Shown piece after piece: positions 19,300-27,956 of a DNA stretch of 64,000 bases. Made by a program: the position numbers and the translations under genes. How positions within the stretch are numbered: the stretch's first letter is position 1; every line of letters begins with the position of its first letter. The notes below the pieces were generated by a model. It had not been told where the DNA came from. It searched no databases and was given only the letters and a program-made list of their open reading frames with translations. The stretch spans positions 958 to 64,957 of the forward strand of contig DATKXY010000274.1 in the NCBI GenBank assembly GCA_035528795.1. The letters are read 5' to 3'. This DNA comes from an archaeon (GTDB lineage Bacteria > Gemmatimonadota > Glassbacteria > GWA2-58-10).

Positions 19300-19565
19300 A
19301 ATTATAAAATCTGGATTATCACAAAATTTAGTAAAATGGAATAGGCTTTAGGTCATTTGAAAGCGTTTTTAGCCGGCATTATTCACAAAATTAACCAAAG
19401 CCTGTACGGGCAGGCCCCTGTGCCTGCCCAATGTTTGGGATTTCCTCGATGTAAATCGGGCGGCCACGGGGGGCCGCCACTACAAAAACGGGAACGGAAA
19501 ATTTTTTTATGAATAATGGCGGTTAAACACACTGCCAGACCCACGAATTTTTCGATTTTTTTCTC
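19300..19565. repeat. Structured intergenic repeat element, copy A. It contains two TGTGA(A)TAAT modules (read on the minus strand), two GC-rich 7-bp-stem hairpins, and a 3' module aaaacgggaacggaaaatttttttatgaataatggcggttaaa.
   Basis: 19310-19350 matches 2679-2720. 19371-19392 (gccggcattattcacaaaatta) matches 32251-32270. The hairpins are ggcaggcccctgtgcctgcc and ggcggccacggggggccgcc. 19486-19535 aligns with 32348-32390 at roughly 80% identity. catttgaaagcgtt is also shared with 32640-32655. Confidence 0.55.
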
Positions 19566-19570
19566 ATCAC

Positions 19571-20725
19571 TCATAATCCGGACCTGGCGATCCGGTGCGC
19601 CTCGGCAACCGCCACCGCGAAATCGCGCACATCGATAGGATTGAACGAGGGGAGGTTCTCGTCCCTGGCGATTTGCTCCGCGCTGGTTCCTTTCTGCGCG
19701 GCCATTAAAGTCCTGGCAATCGTTTTGGGGATATCGCTCCTCTTGTCGCCGATAATAATGCTCAGGAAATCATCGCTGCCGAAAGCCTCCCGGCCGAACT
19801 CCCGCAGGCCCGCATCTTTCGAGTAATTGCCATCCTCGACTGCCGGGGAGATCAGGTCCACTCCGAAATCCTCATAGACCAGGGCCTTGCGGCCCGAGCG
19901 CTTCTCGAAATCAGATGTGATCGCTTTCAGGCTCGCGAAGTCGAAACCTTCCTTGTCCTTGTCATCGATCCAGATAGCGAGACGGTCCGGGCCTTGTTTC
20001 TCGACCCGCACGCTGATCAGGGGGTGGGTCTTGACCAGGGCTTTATAGAGCCCGCGCATGTTTTCCACCCCTGAGCTGAAACTGATCCTGCCCGCGGCCC
20101 TGTCGAACTCGACCTTGCTCTCCGGAGCACAGGCTTTTGCAAGCTGGGCCATATCGGGTCTGCGACCCTTGACAAGGGGATGCTCGAGCAGGTTCCCGTT
20201 CCGGTCGCCCTCGATATAGATCGCTCCGGCGCCGGTCGAGTAATTGCCCTGGAAAGCGACTTTCACCCTGCCCTCAGCGGCTGACAAGAGAACATCCCGC
20301 ACGAAATTCAGCGCTTCCTGCTCATTGTAAGGATAGAGGTAGTGAAATTCCCCTTTCCGCTCATAGACCATGCCGTATTCGCCTACAGTGCCTAATCCCT
20401 CCACCTTGAGACGGTTCTCCTTGAAAAATTCCATGCTCATCAGGTCCCAGCCGGTGCAAAGGGTGACCTCGATACCCCGGACGCCGATCAGGTAGCTGAT
20501 AGCCTCGCTCGATCCGGGGTACGGCGTAAGCTCGGAGTCGTCGCAGTCCACTATCGGTCCGTTGACATCCAGGCCGCAAACGATATTTCCGCCGACATTC
20601 CGGCCGGTCTCCCGGCTCACCTTGAGTATATCCCCGATCAGGTCGACCAGCTTGTCTTTGTCGAGCGCCAGTTTTTGCGCAATCTTTTCCACAGGCGCGG
20701 ACAGCTTAATTTCTGAAAAAGACAT
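19571..20725 (-). CDS. Hypothetical protein, possibly a HAD-like hydrolase. The call is weak.
   Basis: 384 aa. The C-terminal IIIGDKRSD resembles HAD motif IV (GDxxxD), but motif I (LDVNGPI) is atypical. Co-directional with the AgaS-like gene. Confidence 0.3.
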   Translation of the reverse strand: MSFSEIKLSAPVEKIAQKLALDKDKLVDLIGDILKVSRETGRNVGGNIVCGLDVNGPIVDCDDSELTPYPGSSEAISYLIGVRGIEVTLCTGWDLMSMEFFKENRLKVEGLGTVGEYGMVYERKGEFHYLYPYNEQEALNFVRDVLLSAAEGRVKVAFQGNYSTGAGAIYIEGDRNGNLLEHPLVKGRRPDMAQLAKACAPESKVEFDRAAGRISFSSGVENMRGLYKALVKTHPLISVRVEKQGPDRLAIWIDDKDKEGFDFASLKAITSDFEKRSGRKALVYEDFGVDLISPAVEDGNYSKDAGLREFGREAFGSDDFLSIIIGDKRSDIPKTIARTLMAAQKGTSAEQIARDENLPSFNPIDVRDFAVAVAEAHRIARSGL

Positions 20726-20786
20726 CCTTCCTCCGCTAAATACAAATAAACGATTACCGATATGTATGTTCCATGTGGATTAAAAC

Positions 20787-21743
20787 TCAGCCCAGCGACG
20801 GCGTAACCCTGATTGTCCGCAGATCCTTTTCGCCGGGTCCAAGCTGCACCACTCCGACTTTGCGGTCAAAAGGCTCCTGTTCCTCGTGGTCGTCCATTCC
20901 CTGCCAGGGCTCGATACAGATAAATTCATAGCCCGGCTCGGACCAGAACCCCAGATGGGGAAAGTCCGGGAAATCCACGCGGATCGAGACCCTGGCTGAC
21001 CGGTCCTCGAGCGTTACCGTACGCATGGCCGGATCATCTATCCCGTACATGAGCGTAGCCTCGAGCTCCTCCTCGGTCCAGCTCAGCGGGCCGCCCACCT
21101 CAACGAGACTCGTCTCGCCGGTAAGCCTGCAGTGCTCGTTGTTGTGATATTTTCTGATCTTCCCCTGAGGGAGAACCAGGCGGCAGTCGCTCTTTTTCCC
21201 CTTTCCCGGGAAAATAGGGGTCCTGAAACCGGGATGCCAGCCGAAACAGTAGTACATCGGCTCATCACCGGGATTGGTGATCTCGAAGGTCACGGAAACG
21301 ACATTGCCTTTAAGCTCGAATACGAGAGCGAGACGGAAATCGAAAGGATAATACCCGCGGGTATAGTCATTGGCCAGGAGGCAGTAATGCGCGAGCGCCC
21401 GGCCGGCCTCATCGGCTCTCACCAATTCGAACACGCTGTGCCTGGCGACCCCGTGGTTCCCGGGTGTTTTGATAACTTTCGAGCCCAGGCGGCTCTCCTT
21501 GTTTTTCAGCCCGCCGACAATGGGAAAAAGCACGGTAGCGCGATTTTTCCAGCCTGATTCCGGAGCTTCCGCCTCGGAGTCGCGGTACATAAGAGGCACC
21601 TCCTGGCCGCTTTTCGGGTCAGTGAGCCGGTAACCGATCATCTCACAGCCCAGGCGGTTTATCATCACCCTGGTCCCGGCCTTTTCGTCTGTCAGCAGAT
21701 CGATTTTGCGCTGGTTATCCAGCTTTACGACATAAGAGCTCAT
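20787..21743 (-). CDS. Aldose 1-epimerase family protein (galactose mutarotase-like, YihR-type)
   Basis: 318 aa with a GWHPGF motif and the overall beta-sandwich mutarotase pattern (HG...; YCFGWHPGFRTP). Confidence 0.65.
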   Translation of the reverse strand: MSSYVVKLDNQRKIDLLTDEKAGTRVMINRLGCEMIGYRLTDPKSGQEVPLMYRDSEAEAPESGWKNRATVLFPIVGGLKNKESRLGSKVIKTPGNHGVARHSVFELVRADEAGRALAHYCLLANDYTRGYYPFDFRLALVFELKGNVVSVTFEITNPGDEPMYYCFGWHPGFRTPIFPGKGKKSDCRLVLPQGKIRKYHNNEHCRLTGETSLVEVGGPLSWTEEELEATLMYGIDDPAMRTVTLEDRSARVSIRVDFPDFPHLGFWSEPGYEFICIEPWQGMDDHEEQEPFDRKVGVVQLGPGEKDLRTIRVTPSLG

Positions 21744-21947
21744 CTCCTGTTCTCCTCGGGATTGCCGCCGGAGTTTTCCGGTAAGTAGTACTCAGGATGT
21801 CTGGCACTTTAAAAATGGTAATGGCAGAAGTTAAATTATTCGGACGTGCCAATTTAACATTTTTTTCATCTCAAGTCAAAACTTAATCCGGACATGCATC
21901 ACCGAGCGGCCTTGACAAGCCGGAGGTGAAACCGATATTTTTTCCGC

Positions 21948-22661
21948 ATGCACATCTACCGGAAAAGTCTGCTTGACGGAGCCTCTGCGGCGCGGGGCAC
22001 TGCGGTGGTGATCGATGTCTTCCGGGCTTTCACCTGCGGAAGTATTCTCCTGGATTACGGTGTCTCCAGCCTGCTCCTGGAAGAGGACCCGGCCCGAGTG
22101 CTCCGGCTCAAGGAAAAGCACGGGTATATCGCCCTGGGAGAGCGCGGGGGTATAATGGTGGAGGGGTTCGACCTGGGCAACTCGCCGACTGAAATTGTGG
22201 CCCGGGGCAGAGATTTTTTCCAGGGCCGGACCGTGGTCATGCGCACCTCGGCAGGGGTGCGGGGAATTTTCGCGGCCATGAAACACTGCCAGCATGTATA
22301 TGCCGGCTCATACACCACAGCGCCCGCCCTGGCCGCCCTGCTCAAAAAAGAAAACCCCGCCGAGGTGCACCTGGTGGCCATGGGCTGGAATGGAAAAGAC
22401 CCGGCGCCTGAGGACGAGCACTGCGCAGCCTTTATCCACCACCTGCTTGATCCGGGCTCCCCTTACAGCCATCTCTCCGCTCTGCGGGAGATCCTCTCCC
22501 ACGAGAGCGCGCAGAAATTCCTCCGGGGCAATAAGCCCCATTTCCCGCCCACTGATGTCCCTTACTGCCTGGGAGTGGGTCTTTTCGGGATGGCGATGAA
22601 AGTATCTTCCACGCCGGAGGGGCTCGAGCTCTGCCCTGTCTTGGTGAAGCTTGAGTGGTGA
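21948..22661 (+). CDS. 2-phosphosulfolactate phosphatase (ComB) family protein
   Basis: 237 aa. The N-terminal VVIDVFRAFTCGS and central GERGG...GFDLGNSP resemble the ComB family. Confidence 0.5.
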   Translation: MHIYRKSLLDGASAARGTAVVIDVFRAFTCGSILLDYGVSSLLLEEDPARVLRLKEKHGYIALGERGGIMVEGFDLGNSPTEIVARGRDFFQGRTVVMRTSAGVRGIFAAMKHCQHVYAGSYTTAPALAALLKKENPAEVHLVAMGWNGKDPAPEDEHCAAFIHHLLDPGSPYSHLSALREILSHESAQKFLRGNKPHFPPTDVPYCLGVGLFGMAMKVSSTPEGLELCPVLVKLEW

Positions 22662-22955
22662 AAAGGCCGAGACAGACCTTTGTATATGCGTAACGCAAAA
22701 ACTAAACACTGCTACTTTTTGATACCTGATAAACCGCTTTAAATCCCCACAACTATTTTTCTTATTACATCACTTTCTTATTTTCATTTTTTATCGAGTA
22801 AATATTGTTTTTATAATTTAGTAAAAAATTATTTAACTTATGTTAACGTTATTTTTTGATTTTATTTTTATTGACTTAACCATGTTTTTTTATTAAATTA
22901 TATTACAACGTTTTATTTATATTTTACAGTCTTTTTATCACTGAAAGGAGGATCC

Positions 22956-22988
22956 ATGAAATTGATTTTATCCCTTTGTCTTGTTTAA
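22956..22988 (+). other. Mini-ORF MKLILSLCLV (10 codons) with a strong AAGGAGGA RBS, in the AT-rich leader of the lipoprotein gene. It is a possible leader peptide.
   Basis: aaggaggatccATGaaattgattttatccctttgtcttgttTAA. The Shine-Dalgarno is perfect and the spacing is 5 nt. It lies 32 nt upstream of the 23020 start. Confidence 0.25.
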
Positions 22989-23019
22989 TTTCATTTAATC
23001 TTTAAACAAGAAGGTTAAA

Positions 23020-23808
23020 ATGAAAAAGTTATTAGCTGTTTTGGCTGCAATTTCTGTCATTTTCATCCTTTATTTCGCCTGCGAGACAGACGATCCCAAG
23101 CTTTCTTCCTCCCCCGAATTAGCTGCTGCAGAAAAAGAGGTTGCCACTTTATCAGTTTCCATAAAAACAAACGGAGGGCCGGTCAGGAAATTTAAGCTTC
23201 AGGCAATCGAGTGGGATGGAGTACAGGATATCCAACCCGATAAGTTTTATGAGATGTCAGCAGAAAAAAGGAATTCCTTTCAGGAAAAATTAGAAACCCA
23301 GAGAGGTAAGAAAGCAACAGGAGTAAAAACGAAAGTATCCGTAAACAGAGACAGTCCGGAATTGGCGGGGTGGGATTCAGCACCGGGTTTATTCGCTTAT
23401 GCTTCTGCTGAATGTTTTACTAGCAGCTGCCATGGCTCCTGTCAGACTACTGCAAGTCAATATTACTATAATACCAAGACACATGAACATGAGTTTTGCA
23501 GTCCGGGAAAATATCGTTATTACTCTCATGAAGATGAATTCTCAGAATGGAGTGAAATAGATACGCAATACGACAATGATGACCCCCGATTAACCTGTGA
23601 GAGTATTTTAGTAAGAGATGATTATTATTATGCTTGGTGGGATACTATAAGTGTATGGAGAATAAGATTAGCTGCAATGCCTGGAGGAGATGATGACGAA
23701 AAAGATAATCCTCCTTCCCCACCATATGATTGGGAGGATATTGTAATTCAAAAATGGATAAAAATTCCAGGGGATGCTGTCAACGCAAGTGATAATTGTG
23801 GCAACTGA
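23020..23808 (+). CDS. Putative lipoprotein (262 aa) of unknown function, AT-rich and probably horizontally acquired.
   Basis: MKKLLAVLAAISVIFILYFAC signal with a Cys lipobox-like end. Codon usage is AT-rich in a roughly 60% GC genome. The protein has an acidic, Tyr/Trp-rich C-terminal half. Confidence 0.55.
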   Translation: MKKLLAVLAAISVIFILYFACETDDPKLSSSPELAAAEKEVATLSVSIKTNGGPVRKFKLQAIEWDGVQDIQPDKFYEMSAEKRNSFQEKLETQRGKKATGVKTKVSVNRDSPELAGWDSAPGLFAYASAECFTSSCHGSCQTTASQYYYNTKTHEHEFCSPGKYRYYSHEDEFSEWSEIDTQYDNDDPRLTCESILVRDDYYYAWWDTISVWRIRLAAMPGGDDDEKDNPPSPPYDWEDIVIQKWIKIPGDAVNASDNCGN

Positions 23809-24174
23809 AAGACAATGGATTGAAGTCCATCGTATCCGAGTGCTTGATTCACTTACTTATAACAGGATATCTGTTTTTCGCAATTATAGAGTACTCATTA
23901 ATGTATTAGATTAAACCTTCTTTCAGGCGGTCAAGGTTCTCACAATTAGCCTTGTCTGCCTGAAAGACTTCTATGAAGATATTCTAATTTTTTTTTGTGT
24001 ATAAATAGTTAAAGTGTTTTTTTAACGTATGAAACCATTATTTCATACAAGATTCGGTTAAAGCATTAATAACAGTTTTTCTTAATTCTTTAAACATTCA
24101 GCTTAGAATTCAGATTATTCCCCTGATCCCTCCACTTTAAAGCCGTAAAGTACAATCAAACAGGCTTTCCCCTG

Positions 24175-26268
24175 ATGGGATATTTCCAAAAAATCGCCCC
24201 GGCTTTTTTATGCTGCTGCTTTATCTGTTTAGGAACCGGACTCTCTGCCGAGCTTAGACAGGATAGCATTCCAATTGCATTTTCAAGCATCCAGTACCCT
24301 GTGGTCAGCCAGGGAACGGGACTCCGCCACGGAGACCCAGGCTGGGTCAGGAAAATGGCCCGCCGAAAACAACTTCGCCGCAAAGCCGGCAGAAAAGAGG
24401 CCGCTCTCCAGGCTCTGCAGCCTGATAAGTTCTATCTGCCTGTCCTGCTGGGGAGTTTCAGCGACAGGGATGAGAGTCATTCAGTGGAAGACTTCCAGGA
24501 CCTGCTATTTGACAACAACCCCTCTGGCACAATGACAGGTTATTTCAGTGAAAATTCTTATGGACAGCTCCTCCTCACCGGCAAAGTGTACGGCTGGCTC
24601 CAGGTCGACCATCCCGTGGATTATTACGCTGCAACCGCCTGGGACGCAAACAGCTTCCCACAAAACATCGCGGGGTTCGTTACGGAAATAGTTACCGAGG
24701 CAGACCCGGTGGTGGATTTCAGTTTTTACGACAATGACGGCCCTGACGGCGTGCCAAACTCTGGGGACGATGACGGTTATGTGGATGCGGTGATGATAGT
24801 TTATGCGGGCGTTTACGGGGAAAACAGCCTTCCTGTTGCGGGTCTTCAGGGAGCCCTGGGAGGGCTTGGAAGCCAAACTTATACAACTGGCGATCCTTCT
24901 TCCAATGGAGGAAGTGTAAAAATTCGTGTTTTTACCCTGGTTCCGGAATTACTTCAAGACAGCATTTTCCCTATTGGGGTGGCCTGCCACGAGTTCTGTC
25001 ATGTCCTCGGTCTGCCGGACTTGTATGATCACACTCTCAATTCCGTGGGATTAGGGTACTGGTGTATTATGTCTTTTGGGAATAATCCTCCAGGAGGAAA
25101 GCCCACCCACCTGTCAGCCTGGTGCAAAATGCAGCTAGGGTGGGTCACTCCTGTTGAGGTCAATGAAGACAAAACCATTAATCTCGATCCGGTTGAAACG
25201 AATTCCAAAGTCTATATGATCTGGGAGGACGGATACAGGCTGAGCCGCTATTTCCTTCTCGAAAACCGGCAGAGAACTGGATTCGACACCGGTCTGCCAG
25301 GCTCCGGTATGTTGATTTACCATGTTGACGAGAATAAATGGTTCGGGAAACCTTCTTTTTTTAGAGGAGGCTCGCAAAATAACGATTTCACTCATAAACT
25401 GGTCGATCTCGAAGAAGCCGACGGGAAGTGTGATTTAGACTACTCCAGGAATCCCGGGGATGCGGGAGATCCTTTCCCAGGCCTGAGTAACAACCGAACG
25501 TTCGATGATCTCTCAAACCCGGACACTAAAGACTATGATGGTAATTCCACGGGTGTCGCGGTCACAAATATCAGCTATTCGAACTGGCCTGCGATGCAGG
25601 CCGACATTACAGTACGAACCCCGTTAGGATATGCTATCGTATATGATCATAATGGTATAACCGGCTATGGCTGGGATGTAGGCTCCTGGTGGGGAGGGGT
25701 GCTATTCAAGGCAGGCAAACATGGTATCCTGGCTGCTCTGGATCTAGGCTTTCCATACCCTGTAGAGGAATACGAAATCAAAATATACCGCACTATCACT
25801 GATTCTGTTCCCTCAGGCCTGATCCATACTGTTTCCGGAGAAACCGCCACACCCGGATGGCACACGATAAACTTGATTAATAAGAAGATAATAGTAGAAG
25901 AGGATCAGGAGTTTCTTGTTACCTATAGGTCTAACAGTGGAATCTGGTATGATCCTTACTCAGAATACACAGGACGCTCATACTTTTCCGACAGCGGCAG
26001 ATACTTTTCCCCCCTGCCGGGCCGGGAATACGGCAATTTCAACCTCCGGGCGCGGATCAATACGGCTGATTACCTGGAGAATATCGTGCTGTGCGATTTT
26101 AACGCAGACGGAAATATGGATAATGAAGATGTAATAGCACTGTTGAAATACCTGCATGAAAACCCGGGAGACCCAAAAGCGGATTTCAACCGGGACGGCA
26201 AAGCCAACATATTGGATGCCATTGCCATGCTGCGTGCCCAGCATACAGGCGCCTGCCCTGACAGGTGA
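24175..26268 (+). CDS. M6-family (immune inhibitor A-like) zinc metalloprotease with a C-terminal dockerin-type duplicated Ca-binding module
   Basis: HEFCHVLGLPDLYD contains the HExxH zincin motif and a downstream D/Y, in the InhA/M6 arrangement. The C-terminus DFNADGNMDNEDVIALLKYL...DFNRDGKANILDAIAMLRA is a pair of dockerin-I-like repeats. An N-terminal signal peptide is present. Confidence 0.65.
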   Translation: MGYFQKIAPAFLCCCFICLGTGLSAELRQDSIPIAFSSIQYPVVSQGTGLRHGDPGWVRKMARRKQLRRKAGRKEAALQALQPDKFYLPVLLGSFSDRDESHSVEDFQDLLFDNNPSGTMTGYFSENSYGQLLLTGKVYGWLQVDHPVDYYAATAWDANSFPQNIAGFVTEIVTEADPVVDFSFYDNDGPDGVPNSGDDDGYVDAVMIVYAGVYGENSLPVAGLQGALGGLGSQTYTTGDPSSNGGSVKIRVFTLVPELLQDSIFPIGVACHEFCHVLGLPDLYDHTLNSVGLGYWCIMSFGNNPPGGKPTHLSAWCKMQLGWVTPVEVNEDKTINLDPVETNSKVYMIWEDGYRLSRYFLLENRQRTGFDTGLPGSGMLIYHVDENKWFGKPSFFRGGSQNNDFTHKLVDLEEADGKCDLDYSRNPGDAGDPFPGLSNNRTFDDLSNPDTKDYDGNSTGVAVTNISYSNWPAMQADITVRTPLGYAIVYDHNGITGYGWDVGSWWGGVLFKAGKHGILAALDLGFPYPVEEYEIKIYRTITDSVPSGLIHTVSGETATPGWHTINLINKKIIVEEDQEFLVTYRSNSGIWYDPYSEYTGRSYFSDSGRYFSPLPGREYGNFNLRARINTADYLENIVLCDFNADGNMDNEDVIALLKYLHENPGDPKADFNRDGKANILDAIAMLRAQHTGACPDR

Positions 26269-26515
26269 CTGGAGTCCGTTATTTTTCCAACACATAATCT
26301 TTTGTTTTTGCGTTTCCTATGCATAATCATTAGGAAAAATAATCAGGCAGGGAACCCGGATCAGTATATACACTGCCTGCTCTTGCCAAACCTTTTACTT
26401 CCTATTTATCTGTTTTATGGCGGGTTATCTCGCCTTAAATCTTGTAAATTATGTCCTTGCCGGAAGCAAACAGTCTGCCACGGGCGGCCCGGTTTATCAA
26501 CCACGCATGGACAGG

Positions 26516-27925
26516 TTACTTCTTCAACCTTACCACCACGCAGCGCTGCATATCCCTGGCCCTTGCCGCTCCGGCCTTTTCGACCGGAAATTTCCCGCCA
26601 GCCAGAGCTGCCAGGCGAGCCTGGTCCACTCCCTCTCCGGTCAGGTAATCCCGGACAGCATGGGCCCTTCTGAAAGAAATCCCCAGACTGTTTTTGCTCT
26701 CGCCTGCCTGGTCAGCATAGCCGATGATCTCGAGCTTCACCCAGTCCGCTGATTTCAGAAGGCGGGCAAGCTGCTCCAACTGGCTGTAGAACCCCGGTTT
26801 GATCTGTGAGCTGTTGAGATCGAAAAACACCTGCAAGTAGAAATCTTCCGCACCGATTAGCGGGCAGCCTTTTTCATCCACCGGAAGAGAGGCCGGGGTG
26901 CCAGGGCACTGGTCAATCCCGTCAGGAACACCATCACGGTCCGAATCGAGCATCCGGCCGCTTTGATCGACCACCGCGCCCCTGGGTGTGTCGGGTTCGA
27001 GGTCAAGGTCATCAGGCACGCTGTCACCATCCGAATCAGGGAGCGGAACCGGTTCCTCTTCCTTGACTACCAAATTTTCAAGCGGACAGCCCTGGTCGTC
27101 CACCTGCACGCCTGCCGGAGTGTCCGGGCACATGTCCAGATAATCAGGCACCCCGTCACTGTCCATGTCAACCGGGCAGCCGCTCTTTGTGACTGCAACC
27201 TCCGGCGGGGTGTCCGGGCATTCGTCCATCTCATCCTGCACACCGTCCCTGTCCGTGTCCACTGCCTCTTTGGCCACCTTGCCGAAAAGGATAGTCACCC
27301 CTGCGCCGAACTCCCAGTTGTGGGTCTCCCGGTCTCCGCGCAAATCACTGTCAATAAAGTCGCGCTCCAGGTAATGGTCATGCACATCACAGCACAAACC
27401 GACATAGCTTTGCAAGAAATACTCAAAGCCGGCGCCGAAAATTATCAGGTCGCGCTTTTCACTCTTTTCGCTATCCAGCCCGGCACTGTTAGTCTTATCA
27501 ATAGCATAGTCGAACTTCATCTCGGCCTGTCCCAGAGCCACTGAAAGATAAGGCACGAAAGAGCCGAGAGGCAGATTTATGCGGGCACCCCCGCCATATG
27601 CGTCATAACGCGCGCTGTTTGGCAGCAGACCCTGCTGGCCCTCGGAAACGACCCCTTTAAGGCCGCGCATATAGAAGCCTTCAATCCCGAGAACAGAGCA
27701 CAGGTCAAAGCCTGCCCTTGCTCCCCACAGGGGCCCGTTCTCCAGAAGATTGGCCGGCTGATACTCCATCCAGTGGCCGAGCACGGGACTGACATACAGG
27801 GTGCCCAGCCTGTGGTTTGCCTGGACCGGCCGGGTCCAGACAAAAAAGACCGCCAATAACCCAGCAAGCCGGATAAAGCCTGGATTGATCAAGCGCATTG
27901 TTTCTCTAAAAAAAAAACGAGACAT
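26516..27925 (-). CDS. OmpA-family outer-membrane protein with an N-terminal beta-barrel-like domain and thrombospondin type-3 (TSP3) Ca-binding repeats
   Basis: Signal peptide, then repeated D-x-D-x-DG-x-x-D-x-x-D-x-CPDTP units (DTDRDGVQDEMDECPDTP, DMDSDGVPDYLDMCPDTP, DSDRDGVPDGIDQCPGTP). The C-terminus is OmpA-like (ESKNSLGISFRRAHAVRDYL). Confidence 0.75.
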   Translation of the reverse strand: MSRFFFRETMRLINPGFIRLAGLLAVFFVWTRPVQANHRLGTLYVSPVLGHWMEYQPANLLENGPLWGARAGFDLCSVLGIEGFYMRGLKGVVSEGQQGLLPNSARYDAYGGGARINLPLGSFVPYLSVALGQAEMKFDYAIDKTNSAGLDSEKSEKRDLIIFGAGFEYFLQSYVGLCCDVHDHYLERDFIDSDLRGDRETHNWEFGAGVTILFGKVAKEAVDTDRDGVQDEMDECPDTPPEVAVTKSGCPVDMDSDGVPDYLDMCPDTPAGVQVDDQGCPLENLVVKEEEPVPLPDSDGDSVPDDLDLEPDTPRGAVVDQSGRMLDSDRDGVPDGIDQCPGTPASLPVDEKGCPLIGAEDFYLQVFFDLNSSQIKPGFYSQLEQLARLLKSADWVKLEIIGYADQAGESKNSLGISFRRAHAVRDYLTGEGVDQARLAALAGGKFPVEKAGAARARDMQRCVVVRLKK

Positions 27926-27956
27926 TTTCCCTTTGACAGTGCTCTGCGTACCTTGA

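Noticed and set aside
18062-19351. 429-aa plus-strand ORF
   Set aside because: It is antisense to the AgaS-like SIS gene, which has clear SIS motifs, and its own translation has no recognisable features.
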